From Eubacteriales bacterium (GTDB taxonomy: Bacteria > Bacillota > Clostridia > Oscillospirales > QAKW01), in contig JAZOSU010000010.1 in NCBI GenBank assembly GCA_045657265.1, forward strand, positions 3,706 to 67,705: 64,000 nt of DNA. The letters run 5' to 3'. The first letter of the stretch is position 1; each line of letters begins with the position of its first letter. This document shows, one piece after another, positions 16,273 through 26,474 of the stretch. Under the pieces are notes generated by a model. The model was not told where the DNA came from, made no database searches, and saw only the letters and a program-made list of their open reading frames with translations. A program made the translations under genes and the position numbers.

Positions 16273-18864
16273 ATGGCTAAAATTTCTCCAATGATGGAGC
16301 AATACTTTGAAATAAAAGAAAAATATAAAGACTATATACTTCTTTATAGAGTCGGAGATTTTTACGAAATGTTCTATGACGATGCAATTCTTGTATCTAA
16401 AGAGTTGGATATGACTCTGACCGGTAAAGATTGCGGACAAGCTGAACGTGCGCCTATGTGCGGAATGCCATATCACGCTTGTGAGAGTTATATTACAAGA
16501 CTTGTTTCAAATGGTCATAAAGTATGTATATGCGAACAAGTCGAAGATCCCAAAGCGGCTAAAGGCATTGTTAAAAGAGAAGTTGTTAAAATTGTAACAC
16601 CGGGTACAATAACTGACGGTAATATGTTGGAATCTTCAAAGAATAATTTCTTGGCGTCTATTTATACTGAGAATTCTTTTGCGTCTGTTTGTTTTGCTGA
16701 TATTTCTACAGGTGAAATATTTTTGACTACTTTTTCTGAATTTACACAGCAGGATATTATGAATGAACTGTGTAAATTTTCACCGTCTGAAGTTTTATTT
16801 GATACAGAAAACGTTGATCTCAAAGATGTTATAAATTATTGTCAGGAACGATTACATTCGCTTATAACTCCGTATACTGAAACACTAAATCCGGTTCATG
16901 CTGCCGAAAATGTTCTCAGACACTTTAAATCTAATTCTCTTACCGATATAGGTGTTGCTGAACAGACGGAATTATTTGTTTTATATATGACCATTACATA
17001 TGTCTCTTCTACTCAAAAAACAGATATTTCTTTTATGAATAAACTTGAAGTTTACTCTAAAAATCAGTATATGCAATTGGATTTGAGTACAAGACGTAAT
17101 CTTGAAATTACCGAAACAATGCGTAACGGAACAAAACAAGGTTCTCTCATTTATGTTCTTGATAAAACCAAAACCTCAATGGGTGGTAGAAAATTAAGAA
17201 CAATACTTGAACGTCCTTTGCTTAAAGTAAATGATATCAATAAACGTCTTTCTGCGGTTGAAGAACTTAAAAATAATATTATTAAACGTGATGAAATTTC
17301 AGGTTATCTTAAAAACATCAATGACCTTGAAAGACTTATGACAAGACTTATGCTTGGTTCTGGAAATGCAAAAGATTTAATGGCTTTTAAAAATGCTTTT
17401 TCAGTATTTCCAAAAATGAAAGATATTCTTTCGGGATTTGATTCTAAACTTTTGAATGAAATCAATAACCGTATTACAGTTCAGCGGGAATTGTATGATT
17501 TGATTGACAGTGCAATTGTAGATAACCCTCCTTTTACTGTAAAAGAAGGCGGAATAATTAAAGAAGGTTTTGATTCAATTGTTGATGAAAACAAACATCT
17601 TATGAAAGATGCTCACGTTCTTTTGCAACAACTTGAGCAAAAAGAAAAAGATAATACCGGAATTAAATCTCTTAAAATCAGTTATAACAGAGTTTTCGGT
17701 TACTATATTGAAGTTACAAAAATGTACTATGACCTTGTACCCGAAACATATATCAGAAAACAAACTCTTGCTAATTGTGAGCGTTTTATTACTCAGGAAC
17801 TTAAAGATATGGAAACGAAAATTCTTTATGCATCTGAACGTTTACAGGCAAGAGAATATGATTTATTCTGTCAGATCAGAGACAAAGTTAAAGATAAATT
17901 TACATTCATAAAACAGACAAGCGAAGCTATTGCTATGCTTGATGTTCTTATTTCTCTGGCAATAGTTGCACAGGAAAATAATTATGTTCGTCCTGATGTG
18001 GATAACAGTGATCAGATAAATATTATTGAAGGCAGACATCCGGTTGTAGAATCTGTTCTTAAAAATTCGTTTTTTGTGCCAAACGATACTAACCTTGATA
18101 ACAATAATAACAGGGTTATGGTTCTTACAGGACCGAATATGTCAGGTAAATCTACTTATATGAGACAGAATGCAACTATCATTCTTATGGCTCAGGTTGG
18201 TTCTTTTGTTCCTGCTAAAAGCGCTCATATAGGCGTAGTTGATAAAATATTTACACGTGTAGGTGCATCTGATGATTTGGCTTCAGGTCAGTCCACTTTT
18301 ATGCTTGAGATGCTTGAGGTTGCAAATATACTGAAAAATGCTACTTCATCGAGTTTTCTTGTTTTTGATGAAATAGGCAGAGGTACATCGACATATGACG
18401 GAATGAGTATTGCCAAAGCTGTTGTTGAATATGTTGCTGATGTTAAAAAATTAGGAGCTAAAACATTGTTTGCTACACATTATCATGAGCTTTGTGAATT
18501 GGCTCAAACAACTCAAGGTGTGGTCAACTATAACGTAGCTGTAAAAAAACGCGGTGACGATATTGTTTTTTTGAAGAAAATCGTTCCCGGAGGTACTGAT
18601 GACAGTTTTGGTATAGAAGTTGCAGCTTTGGCGGGTGTTGATCAGTGGATAGTTAAAAGAGCTAAACAGATTTTAAAAGAACTTGAAACTGAAGGTAAAG
18701 TTAAAATTGTTACAAGACTTGAATCTGAAGAAAATCAGATGAGTATGCTTGATCTTAATACAAGTTCGATTATAGACGAACTTAAAAATCTTGATGTAAA
18801 CACAATTACACCGATTGAATCACTTTCGATTTTATATAAATTATCAAAAATGGCTAAAGAATAG
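16273..18864 (+). CDS. mutS: DNA mismatch repair protein MutS
   Basis: PMMEQY, GDFYEMF, TGPNMSGKSTYMRQ, DEIGRGTST, FATHYHEL, C-terminal clamp motif QMSML. Confidence 0.98.
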   Translation: MAKISPMMEQYFEIKEKYKDYILLYRVGDFYEMFYDDAILVSKELDMTLTGKDCGQAERAPMCGMPYHACESYITRLVSNGHKVCICEQVEDPKAAKGIVKREVVKIVTPGTITDGNMLESSKNNFLASIYTENSFASVCFADISTGEIFLTTFSEFTQQDIMNELCKFSPSEVLFDTENVDLKDVINYCQERLHSLITPYTETLNPVHAAENVLRHFKSNSLTDIGVAEQTELFVLYMTITYVSSTQKTDISFMNKLEVYSKNQYMQLDLSTRRNLEITETMRNGTKQGSLIYVLDKTKTSMGGRKLRTILERPLLKVNDINKRLSAVEELKNNIIKRDEISGYLKNINDLERLMTRLMLGSGNAKDLMAFKNAFSVFPKMKDILSGFDSKLLNEINNRITVQRELYDLIDSAIVDNPPFTVKEGGIIKEGFDSIVDENKHLMKDAHVLLQQLEQKEKDNTGIKSLKISYNRVFGYYIEVTKMYYDLVPETYIRKQTLANCERFITQELKDMETKILYASERLQAREYDLFCQIRDKVKDKFTFIKQTSEAIAMLDVLISLAIVAQENNYVRPDVDNSDQINIIEGRHPVVESVLKNSFFVPNDTNLDNNNNRVMVLTGPNMSGKSTYMRQNATIILMAQVGSFVPAKSAHIGVVDKIFTRVGASDDLASGQSTFMLEMLEVANILKNATSSSFLVFDEIGRGTSTYDGMSIAKAVVEYVADVKKLGAKTLFATHYHELCELAQTTQGVVNYNVAVKKRGDDIVFLKKIVPGGTDDSFGIEVAALAGVDQWIVKRAKQILKELETEGKVKIVTRLESEENQMSMLDLNTSSIIDELKNLDVNTITPIESLSILYKLSKMAKE

Positions 18865-18876
18865 TTGGAGATAGCA

Positions 18877-20817
18877 ATGGGAAGAATCAATTTACTTGAT
18901 AGAGAATTAACAAATATGATTTCTGCCGGTGAGGTTGTTGAAAGACCTGCCAGCGTTGTTAAGGAATTGGTTGAAAATGCAATTGATGCTAAGGCTGATA
19001 CAATAATTGTAGAAATTAAAAATGGCGGTAAAACCTATATTCGCGTAACTGATAACGGAATAGGAATGAGTCTTGAAGATGCCCGTAAAGCTTTTATGTG
19101 CCATGCAACAAGTAAAATAAGAACAAAAGACGATCTTTTTAATATAAGTACAATGGGATTCAGAGGTGAAGCTGTTCCTGCTATTGCTTCTGTATCAAAA
19201 GTTGAACTTTTAACAGCGTCTAAAGATGATAAATTCGGCTGCAGACTTGTTTTTGATGCAGGTAATGAACTTTTTTATGAAGAGGTCGGCTTGGGCGTAG
19301 GAACAACATTTGTTGTAACAGATTTGTTTTATAATGTTCCTGCAAGACTTAAATTTTTAAAAAAAGATTCAACGGAGACTTCCAATATAGTTTCTCTTAT
19401 GAATAAATTCGTTATAGGTAACCCGGATATTTCTTTTCAACTTATTGTTGATGGCAAACTTTCTCTTTCTACGCAGAAAGATTCGTTGTTTTTAGATATA
19501 ATCTATACTGTTTTTGGAAGAGAAATAACAGAAAATCTTATTCCTATATCTTTTAATGATGATGTTCTTCACATTCAAGGTTATGTTGGAAAACCGAGGT
19601 GCAGTAGATCAAACAGAAATTTTCAACTTTTTTATGTAAACGGAAGAATGGTTAAAAATAAAACTATTGTAGCTGCTATTGACAGGGCTTATCATAATAG
19701 ACTTATGAATGGTAAATATCCTGTTGCGGTGTTAAAAATAATAGTTTCTCCCGGTAGTGTCGATGTTAATGTTCATCCCACCAAGACTGAAATCAGATTT
19801 ACTAACGATCAGAAAATATTTGATTCTGTTTATTATTCTGTTAAAAATGCATTGGATAATGAAAATACTCTTTTAGAAAATGCTTCGGAAGATGTTGCGC
19901 AGAGTGAAACTTTGTCTGATAGTGAAGCATACAAAAAAGCTGTTGATGATTATTATAATGGGGTTAATACACCTACAGTTAATGTTCCGGCTTATGATAT
20001 GTCTAAAATTAATGATACCGAAACAGAATCTCCTTTTAAGCCTAAACTTTCTGCGTTTGATACGGAAAATTATGTTGATAAAAATGATTCTTTTAATTTT
20101 TTAACTGCAAATAAAAATGTAGTTGATACCTGTAAAGATCCAGGCTTATATACAAGATATTCTAATATTTCAGCCGATGAATTATCAGCAACTTATATTG
20201 AAGATAACAGAAAAGAACTTTTGACTTTTTTTGAAAATGAAGTTGTTTTTAATTATGTCGGTGAATTATTTAAGACATATCTCATTGTTGAGTGTGGAAC
20301 TAATTTCTATTTTATAGATAAACATGCGGCTCATGAAAAAATTCTGTTTGATAAAATATCTGAGTCCTATAAAAGTTCGGAAAGATTTGCACAGACTTTG
20401 CTTTCGGGTGTTCCTGTTACTCTTACTCCCGAAGAAAACGATATTGCTTGGCTCAATAAAGATAAAATTACGGCTTTAGGCTTTGAATTTGACAAATTCG
20501 GGCGTTATGAGGTTGTTTTGCGAACAGTTCCGTATGTTATGAGCCCCGGTGATACTGTACCTACGTTTATTGAAATGTTAGATATACTTTCAAAACACAA
20601 AGATATAGAAATGACTGATTTTGAAAATAAAACAATTAAAATGCTTTCTTGTAGAGCTGCTATAAAAGCCGGCCATGATACGTCTGAATATGAACTCAGA
20701 CAATTCATTGAAAATATTATTAAGGCGGGTAATGTTAATTACTGTCCTCACGGAAGACCGATTATCTGTCAGTTTTCTAAAAAAGGTCTTGAAAAAGCTT
20801 TCAAGCGAATAGTGTAG
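18877..20817 (+). CDS. mutL: DNA mismatch repair endonuclease MutL
   Basis: ISAGEVVERPASVVKELVENAIDA, HATSKI, GFRGEA, VDVNVHPTK, DKHAAHE, CPHGRP. ATG at 18877 follows GGAG. Confidence 0.97.
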   Translation: MGRINLLDRELTNMISAGEVVERPASVVKELVENAIDAKADTIIVEIKNGGKTYIRVTDNGIGMSLEDARKAFMCHATSKIRTKDDLFNISTMGFRGEAVPAIASVSKVELLTASKDDKFGCRLVFDAGNELFYEEVGLGVGTTFVVTDLFYNVPARLKFLKKDSTETSNIVSLMNKFVIGNPDISFQLIVDGKLSLSTQKDSLFLDIIYTVFGREITENLIPISFNDDVLHIQGYVGKPRCSRSNRNFQLFYVNGRMVKNKTIVAAIDRAYHNRLMNGKYPVAVLKIIVSPGSVDVNVHPTKTEIRFTNDQKIFDSVYYSVKNALDNENTLLENASEDVAQSETLSDSEAYKKAVDDYYNGVNTPTVNVPAYDMSKINDTETESPFKPKLSAFDTENYVDKNDSFNFLTANKNVVDTCKDPGLYTRYSNISADELSATYIEDNRKELLTFFENEVVFNYVGELFKTYLIVECGTNFYFIDKHAAHEKILFDKISESYKSSERFAQTLLSGVPVTLTPEENDIAWLNKDKITALGFEFDKFGRYEVVLRTVPYVMSPGDTVPTFIEMLDILSKHKDIEMTDFENKTIKMLSCRAAIKAGHDTSEYELRQFIENIIKAGNVNYCPHGRPIICQFSKKGLEKAFKRIV

Positions 20818-20825
20818 GTGATTTT

Positions 20826-21755
20826 TTGTTTGATTTGATAGTGGTGTGCGGACCTACTGCTTCAGGTAAATCAGGTCTCGGCATTGAAATTGCCAAGAAA
20901 TTTGGCGGTGAAATAGTTTCTGCAGATTCAATGCAAATATATAAAGAAATGTCTATCGGTACTGCAAAACCCAGTACATCTGAAATGGAAGGCGTGATTC
21001 ATCATTTGATTGATATTATTTCAGTAAGTGATGAATACAATGTTTCTCAGTTTGTTTTTGATGCTCAAAAATGTATTGATGATATTATTTCAAAAAAAAG
21101 GCTTCCTGTAATTGTCGGCGGTACGGGCTTGTATATTGATAGTCTTATTAACAATGTTAATTTTCAAAGTACTGATGGCAGTGTTGAAATAAGAGAAGAT
21201 TTAAAAAGAGTTTTGTCTGAAAAAGGACCTGAATATCTTTATGATATGCTCTTAAAATATGATGCGGATGCTGCAAAGCAAATTCATAAAAACAATACTA
21301 AAAGAGTTATGAGAGCTTTGGAAATAGTTATTTCTACAGGTAAAACTCTTAAACAAGTAAATAACGAAAGTCTTAGGAAACGTAAATATTCTCCGCTTTT
21401 TATAGGGTTAAATTACTTAGAACGTGAGAATCTTTATAACAGAATTAATTGCCGCGTTGATTTAATGTTAGAACAAGGTCTTCTTGATGAAGTTAAATAT
21501 ATTTCAGGTCTTGATTTATCGTCTACAGCTTCGGGCGCAATAGGTTATAAAGAATTGTTTGATTATTTAAACGGGGAATGTTCATTAGAATCGGCAGTTG
21601 AACTTTTGAAACAAAAAACCCGTAATTATGCTAAACGTCAATTGACTTGGTTTAAAAGAAATAAAGAAATCAATTGGTTTTATCCTGATTCTTTTTCAGA
21701 TATGAAAAAATTTACCAGTTCGGTTTTGGAATTTATATCAAATTCAGAGGTGTAA
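20826..21755 (+). CDS. miaA: tRNA dimethylallyltransferase
   Basis: GPTASGKS, ADSMQIY, IGTAKP, VGGTGLY, AIGYKE, TRNYAKRQLTWF. Confidence 0.96.
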   Translation: MFDLIVVCGPTASGKSGLGIEIAKKFGGEIVSADSMQIYKEMSIGTAKPSTSEMEGVIHHLIDIISVSDEYNVSQFVFDAQKCIDDIISKKRLPVIVGGTGLYIDSLINNVNFQSTDGSVEIREDLKRVLSEKGPEYLYDMLLKYDADAAKQIHKNNTKRVMRALEIVISTGKTLKQVNNESLRKRKYSPLFIGLNYLERENLYNRINCRVDLMLEQGLLDEVKYISGLDLSSTASGAIGYKELFDYLNGECSLESAVELLKQKTRNYAKRQLTWFKRNKEINWFYPDSFSDMKKFTSSVLEFISNSEV

Positions 21756-21756
21756 A

Positions 21757-22977
21757 TTGAAATTCAGATTTAATTTTATAAAGTTAATATTGTCACTGTT
21801 TGGTGTTTTCATTTTGTTTGTTACGTTGTATCAAATATATAACTATCTTTATAAAACGCCCGGTACGGAATTTGCTGTTCAGATTCAGTGTGAAGAAAAA
21901 GTGAGCGTTAAAGGGTACTTTGTCAGAAATGAAAAGGTTATTAATTCAGGTGGCTCAAAGTATTATGATATAATTGTTTCAAATGGTGGTAAAATATCCA
22001 AAAACGGTACTATTGCAAATGTGTACAATACAGATAATGCTGCTAAAACGCAATCTGATATCCGTGATCTTCAAGCGCAAATTGATGAATTCAAGAAAAT
22101 TTTATCTACATCGTCAAAATATAAAGAAGATATTTCTTATAATTCGGAAATAAAAAAACACGCTTTGGAAATAGCGCAAAACGTATCTACTGATAATCTT
22201 AATGATGCGTTTCATTCAGCATCTGAGTTTACTACCAGTATTATTAAAAGTAAAATAGCTTCAGGGGAAATTACTGATTATTCTGATAAGTTAAAACAAC
22301 TTGAATCTCAAATGGAAAATCTTCATGCTCAGACTTCTTCAGCAGTGAAATATATTACGGCACCCGAATCGGGATATTTTTCTTACAAAGTTGACGGTTT
22401 AGAAGATAAACTTAATATTTCTATGACGGATGAAATTACTCCGGAGCTATTTGATGAAATTGTAAACCTTTCTTCTCAGATGACTGAAAATGTTTCAAGC
22501 ATAGGAAAAGTTGTTAAAGGAAGTGACTGGAGAGTATGCTTTAAAACAGATTCCGCTAAATTTGAGAATATTACGGTTGGTTCCACAATTTATATTCGTC
22601 TGCCTTCTGTAACGGAAGATAAAATTAAATGTACTGTTGTTGATTTTGAAAAGCAAGATGGACAAGTATATATTGTTCTTGAATCGAATATGGTTACCGG
22701 AGATTTGATCTCTCAACGTGTTTGCGATATGGATATTATCATTAATTCATATTCCGGACTTAGAATTGACAAAAATGCTATAAGAAAAATAGACGGAGAG
22801 GATGGCGTGTTTGTAAAGAGCAACGGTATTTTAAGATATAGAAAAGTAAATATTTTATATTTTTCTTCTACTTATGTTGTTGTTAAATACGAACCGCTTA
22901 ATGCATCGGGTGTGCAGGTCTTTGATGAAGTAATTGTTAGAGGTTCTGATTTGTATGACGGAAAGGTAATAGCATGA
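21757..22977 (+). CDS. HlyD/membrane-fusion-protein-like single-pass membrane protein, function unknown
   Basis: N-terminal TM helix, split barrel-sandwich-hybrid halves (VSNGGKISKNGTIANV ... YITAPESGYFSY) around a coiled coil, and a C-terminal GLRIDKNAI...GVFV...FDEVIV membrane-proximal pattern. Confidence 0.7.
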   Translation: MKFRFNFIKLILSLFGVFILFVTLYQIYNYLYKTPGTEFAVQIQCEEKVSVKGYFVRNEKVINSGGSKYYDIIVSNGGKISKNGTIANVYNTDNAAKTQSDIRDLQAQIDEFKKILSTSSKYKEDISYNSEIKKHALEIAQNVSTDNLNDAFHSASEFTTSIIKSKIASGEITDYSDKLKQLESQMENLHAQTSSAVKYITAPESGYFSYKVDGLEDKLNISMTDEITPELFDEIVNLSSQMTENVSSIGKVVKGSDWRVCFKTDSAKFENITVGSTIYIRLPSVTEDKIKCTVVDFEKQDGQVYIVLESNMVTGDLISQRVCDMDIIINSYSGLRIDKNAIRKIDGEDGVFVKSNGILRYRKVNILYFSSTYVVVKYEPLNASGVQVFDEVIVRGSDLYDGKVIA

Positions 22978-23654
22978 TTAATGATTTAAAACAAAATATT
23001 TTCGAATTAATTGAAGAAACTGATGCTGCAGGTGTAAAACTTATTGCGGTCACAAAGACAGTGCCTGTTGAAATTATAAACGAAGCTATTTCATATGGGG
23101 TTAAATGCATAGGCGAGAACAAAGTTCAGGAACTTCTTGAAAAATATGATAGTTTAAATAAAGATAATCTTGAAATTCATTTAATTGGACGTTTGCAGTC
23201 AAATAAAGTTAAATATATTATTGATAAAGTCGATTTAATTCATTCTGTTGATAGTGTGAAACTTGCTGCAACAATTGATAAATATGCAAAAAATCACGAC
23301 AAAATTCAGGATATTTTAGTTCAGGTAAACATTGCTATGGAAGAAACAAAAGGCGGAGTTGCTGCAGATGAAGTTGTTGATTTTGTCAGACAAATTTCAG
23401 ATTTTAAGAATATTAAAGTAAGAGGTCTTATGTGCATACCTACTCCAGAGCTTATCGAAGGCGAAAATGCTAAATATTTTGATTTGTTACATAAAATGTT
23501 TGTTGACATTAATAACGAAAAGATAGATAATGTATTTATGGATATACTTTCTATGGGTATGTCTAATGATTATAAAACAGCTATTAAATGTGGTACTACT
23601 GCCGTCAGAGTCGGCACAAAAATATTTGGTAAGAGAAATTATAAGGAGATTTAA
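22974..23654 (+). CDS. ylmE: YggS/YlmE pyridoxal phosphate homeostasis protein
   Basis: LIAVTK (PLP lysine), GENKVQE, HLIGRLQSNK, LSMGMSND, VRVGTKIFG. Confidence 0.94.
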   Translation: MINDLKQNIFELIEETDAAGVKLIAVTKTVPVEIINEAISYGVKCIGENKVQELLEKYDSLNKDNLEIHLIGRLQSNKVKYIIDKVDLIHSVDSVKLAATIDKYAKNHDKIQDILVQVNIAMEETKGGVAADEVVDFVRQISDFKNIKVRGLMCIPTPELIEGENAKYFDLLHKMFVDINNEKIDNVFMDILSMGMSNDYKTAIKCGTTAVRVGTKIFGKRNYKEI

Positions 23655-23656
23655 TT

Positions 23657-24094
23657 ATGAGTTTAATGGACCAATTAAGAAAATTTGCAGGTGTTGCAGG
23701 TGAAGAAGAAACTGAAGATACTGGCTATGAACCTATTGATATTGCAAAAGAGGACAAAGAAGAAGTAAAGCCTATTTTTGCAAAAAAAGACAAAAACTAT
23801 ATGAATATTAATACTACAGCTCAGCTTCAGGTGGTTTTGGTAAAGCCTGAAGTTTTTGAAGATGCTCAGGATATTGCTGATAATCTTATTTCAAAAAGAA
23901 CTGTTTTACTTAATATTGAGAATTTAAACAAAGATCTTTCGAGAAGACTTATTGATTTTCTCAGCGGTGTAGCTTATGCACAGGGCGGAAATATCAAAAG
24001 AGTCGCAAACAGAACTTATATCATTACCCCATATAACGTTGATATTCTCGGTGATGTTCTTGAAAGTATCAATTCCGATAATTTTGATTTCTAA
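23657..24094 (+). CDS. sepF: Cell division protein SepF
   Basis: PEVFEDAQDIADNL...RRLIDFLSGVAYA.GG.I.RV...YIITP. Confidence 0.95.
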   Translation: MSLMDQLRKFAGVAGEEETEDTGYEPIDIAKEDKEEVKPIFAKKDKNYMNINTTAQLQVVLVKPEVFEDAQDIADNLISKRTVLLNIENLNKDLSRRLIDFLSGVAYAQGGNIKRVANRTYIITPYNVDILGDVLESINSDNFDF

Positions 24095-24096
24095 TT

Positions 24097-24363
24097 ATGA
24101 ATATATTGTCGATTTTGTATTTGATTGTTGATATTGCAATTGAGTTTTTTGAATGGGTTCTGATTATTTATTGTGTATCTTCATGGGTAATAAGAGATCC
24201 TTTTAATAAATTTATGAGCATTTTATCAGCGATTGTTGATCCTGTATTGGATCCAATAAGAGTGGTGCTTGATAAAATTACTTTTCTTAAAGGCATACCT
24301 ATAGATTTTTCTGTTCTTGTAGCTTTTTTGCTTTGTAATGCTATTAGATCTATTATTTTTTAA
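24097..24363 (+). CDS. ylmG: YggT/YlmG family membrane protein
   Basis: Small hydrophobic protein with SWV...DPVLDPIR...IDFS; located after sepF. Confidence 0.88.
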   Translation: MNILSILYLIVDIAIEFFEWVLIIYCVSSWVIRDPFNKFMSILSAIVDPVLDPIRVVLDKITFLKGIPIDFSVLVAFLLCNAIRSIIF

Positions 24364-24365
24364 CT

Positions 24366-25103
24366 ATGGATAGTAATGATATTTTATTGTCAAAAACCAA
24401 AAACTTGATTTTGGCTGTTAATCGTGGTCGACCTTTTGCTTTTACGGATTTTTTAAGTTTTGAAGAACAAAAAATTGTTGAAAATTACTTCAAAAGCAAT
24501 AAAATGCAGTTTGTGTCTTATGGTGGATTTGATGATGCAGAACGTTTAATTTTTGCTCTGTATTCGGATTTTGAGCCATTAAAATCAGATTATCCGTTGA
24601 TTTCAATTACTTTTGAAATTCCTTCTAAAGCAAAAATTGAGCATAGAGATGTTTTAGGTGCACTTATGTCTCTTGGAATTAAAAGAGAGATGATAGGGGA
24701 TATAATTTTTTATCAGAGTAAGTGTATCTTTTTTGTGCTGAGTAAGATTGCTGAATATTTACTATTCAATTTTACTTCTGTCAAAAATATTACAGTCTCG
24801 CCTTGTGTTTATGGTGAGGAAATTATTTTTAAACGCGATTTTGAGGAATATGACGTGATTTGTACTTCAATGAGACTTGATTGTGTCTTGAGTGAAATTT
24901 TATGTTATTCTCGCAGCAAAACTTGTGACGTTATTGAAAGCGGTCTTGTTTATCTTAATGGGTTACAGATGATTAAGAAAGATAAACAATTGCAAGAAGG
25001 TGACGTTTTTTCTGTAAGAAAAAAAGGTAAATATAAAATTGATTCCGTGGTTGGCAAAACTAAAAAAGATAGAATTAAATTAAAAATATTTAAATATATA
25101 TAG
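24366..25103 (+). CDS. ylmH: YlmH family S4-domain RNA-binding protein
   Basis: TDFL, GGFDDAER, HRDVLGALMSLGIKREMIGDI, SMRLD S4 domain, TKKDRI. Confidence 0.92.
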   Translation: MDSNDILLSKTKNLILAVNRGRPFAFTDFLSFEEQKIVENYFKSNKMQFVSYGGFDDAERLIFALYSDFEPLKSDYPLISITFEIPSKAKIEHRDVLGALMSLGIKREMIGDIIFYQSKCIFFVLSKIAEYLLFNFTSVKNITVSPCVYGEEIIFKRDFEEYDVICTSMRLDCVLSEILCYSRSKTCDVIESGLVYLNGLQMIKKDKQLQEGDVFSVRKKGKYKIDSVVGKTKKDRIKLKIFKYI

Positions 25104-25113
25104 GAGATTTGGA

Positions 25114-25968
25114 ATGATAAAACCTAATGAAATCAGAACAACTGAATTTGATATGAGCGTAATTGGCGGTTATAAACGTGAAAGTGTTGATGTTTTTTTC
25201 AATTCTGTTGTTAACGACTATGAAAAACTTTATAATGAAAATTCAGAACTTGTGCAGAAATTAAAAGTTTGCATTGAGAAAATTGAAGAATATCAAAAAG
25301 ATGAAAAGTTTTTGAAAGCTGCAATTATTAATGCCGAAAAACTCAATGAGAATTCTTTGAAAGATATTGAAGCAAGAGAAAAAGAAATAGAAAATGCTGC
25401 TAAAGAAAAAGCTTCTAATATTATTGAAACTGCAAAAATTGAAGCTGAAAATATATTGAAAACTGCAAGAATTGAAGCCGCCGAAGCTATCCGCATCTGT
25501 GAAATAGAAAGCGCAGAAAAAATTTCTGAAATAAATGCAGGCGTTGAAATTGAAAACGAAAAACTTCAGGCTATCAAAAAAGAGGTTTCTGATTTTAAAG
25601 AAAGCGTTTTGAAACTTTATAAAGAACATCTCAATTCGCTTTCTAAACTTCCTGAATTCGTTCCGGAAAATAAAAAATCTGTTGCGGAACCAGTTAATGT
25701 TGCGGAACCATCTGAAGCAGAAATTGAAAATGAAGTTGTTTCACAGCCAGAAACTGTACAGGAAGTAGTTGGCGAAGAATATTCTGAAGATGCTATTGAG
25801 TCAGAACAAGAAACAAGTCTTATTCATGATTCACAAGGAGAAAAAACAGCTGAGTTTGTGATTGATAAAAAAGCCGATACAAAAGATAAAACTGATACGT
25901 TTGAAAAGAACTTCAAATTTCAGGGACTTAAATTCGGCGCTGATTTTGATATAAGAAACGACAAATGA
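25114..25968 (+). CDS. divIVA: DivIVA family cell division protein
   Basis: IKPNEIRTTEF...GGYKRESVDVFF N-terminal domain, long coiled coil, acidic tail. Confidence 0.9.
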   Translation: MIKPNEIRTTEFDMSVIGGYKRESVDVFFNSVVNDYEKLYNENSELVQKLKVCIEKIEEYQKDEKFLKAAIINAEKLNENSLKDIEAREKEIENAAKEKASNIIETAKIEAENILKTARIEAAEAIRICEIESAEKISEINAGVEIENEKLQAIKKEVSDFKESVLKLYKEHLNSLSKLPEFVPENKKSVAEPVNVAEPSEAEIENEVVSQPETVQEVVGEEYSEDAIESEQETSLIHDSQGEKTAEFVIDKKADTKDKTDTFEKNFKFQGLKFGADFDIRNDK

Positions 25969-26474
25969 TAAAGTTTTTATATTCCAAAAGTAAATTATTA
26001 TTTAATTTTTTGTGGGTCGCATTAACTTTACTTATAGTTTTTATTGATCAAATAACAAAGAGTCTGGTGGTTTCCAATATGGAATTGTATGATGAGATTA
26101 AAGTAATTGATGGTTTCTTTAATCTGTATTATGTTCGAAATCCCGGCGCTGGTTTAGGACTTCTTGCTAATGCAAGATGGCTTTTTATGTTTTTTACTTC
26201 GTTCGTTATAGTTTTTGCGATTGTTTTGCTCATAAAGAATTATTTTTCTCATTCATTGTCTTTTTTTGCTATTGTATTTATATTATCAGGCGGAATTGGT
26301 AATATGATTGACAGGATATTTTATGGTTCTGTTGTTGATTTCTTTCAATTCCAAATCAAATATTTTGATTTTATTTTCAATGTTGCTGATGTTTTTGTTA
26401 CTTTCGGTACGATAATGTTTGTAATTTACTATATTTTTCTCTACGAAGATAAAAAGGTGAAAAATAATGATTGA
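25965..26474 (+). CDS. lspA: Lipoprotein signal peptidase II
   Basis: DQITK, NPGAG, GGIGNMIDR, VVDF, FNVAD. Confidence 0.94.
   Translation: MIKFLYSKSKLLFNFLWVALTLLIVFIDQITKSLVVSNMELYDEIKVIDGFFNLYYVRNPGAGLGLLANARWLFMFFTSFVIVFAIVLLIKNYFSHSLSFFAIVFILSGGIGNMIDRIFYGSVVDFFQFQIKYFDFIFNVADVFVTFGTIMFVIYYIFLYEDKKVKNND

Noticed and set aside
25681-25710. 12-bp direct repeat GTTGCGGAACCA (VAEP-VN-VAEP) in divIVA
   Set aside because: A single short duplication in a low-complexity linker, with no evidence of a functional element.
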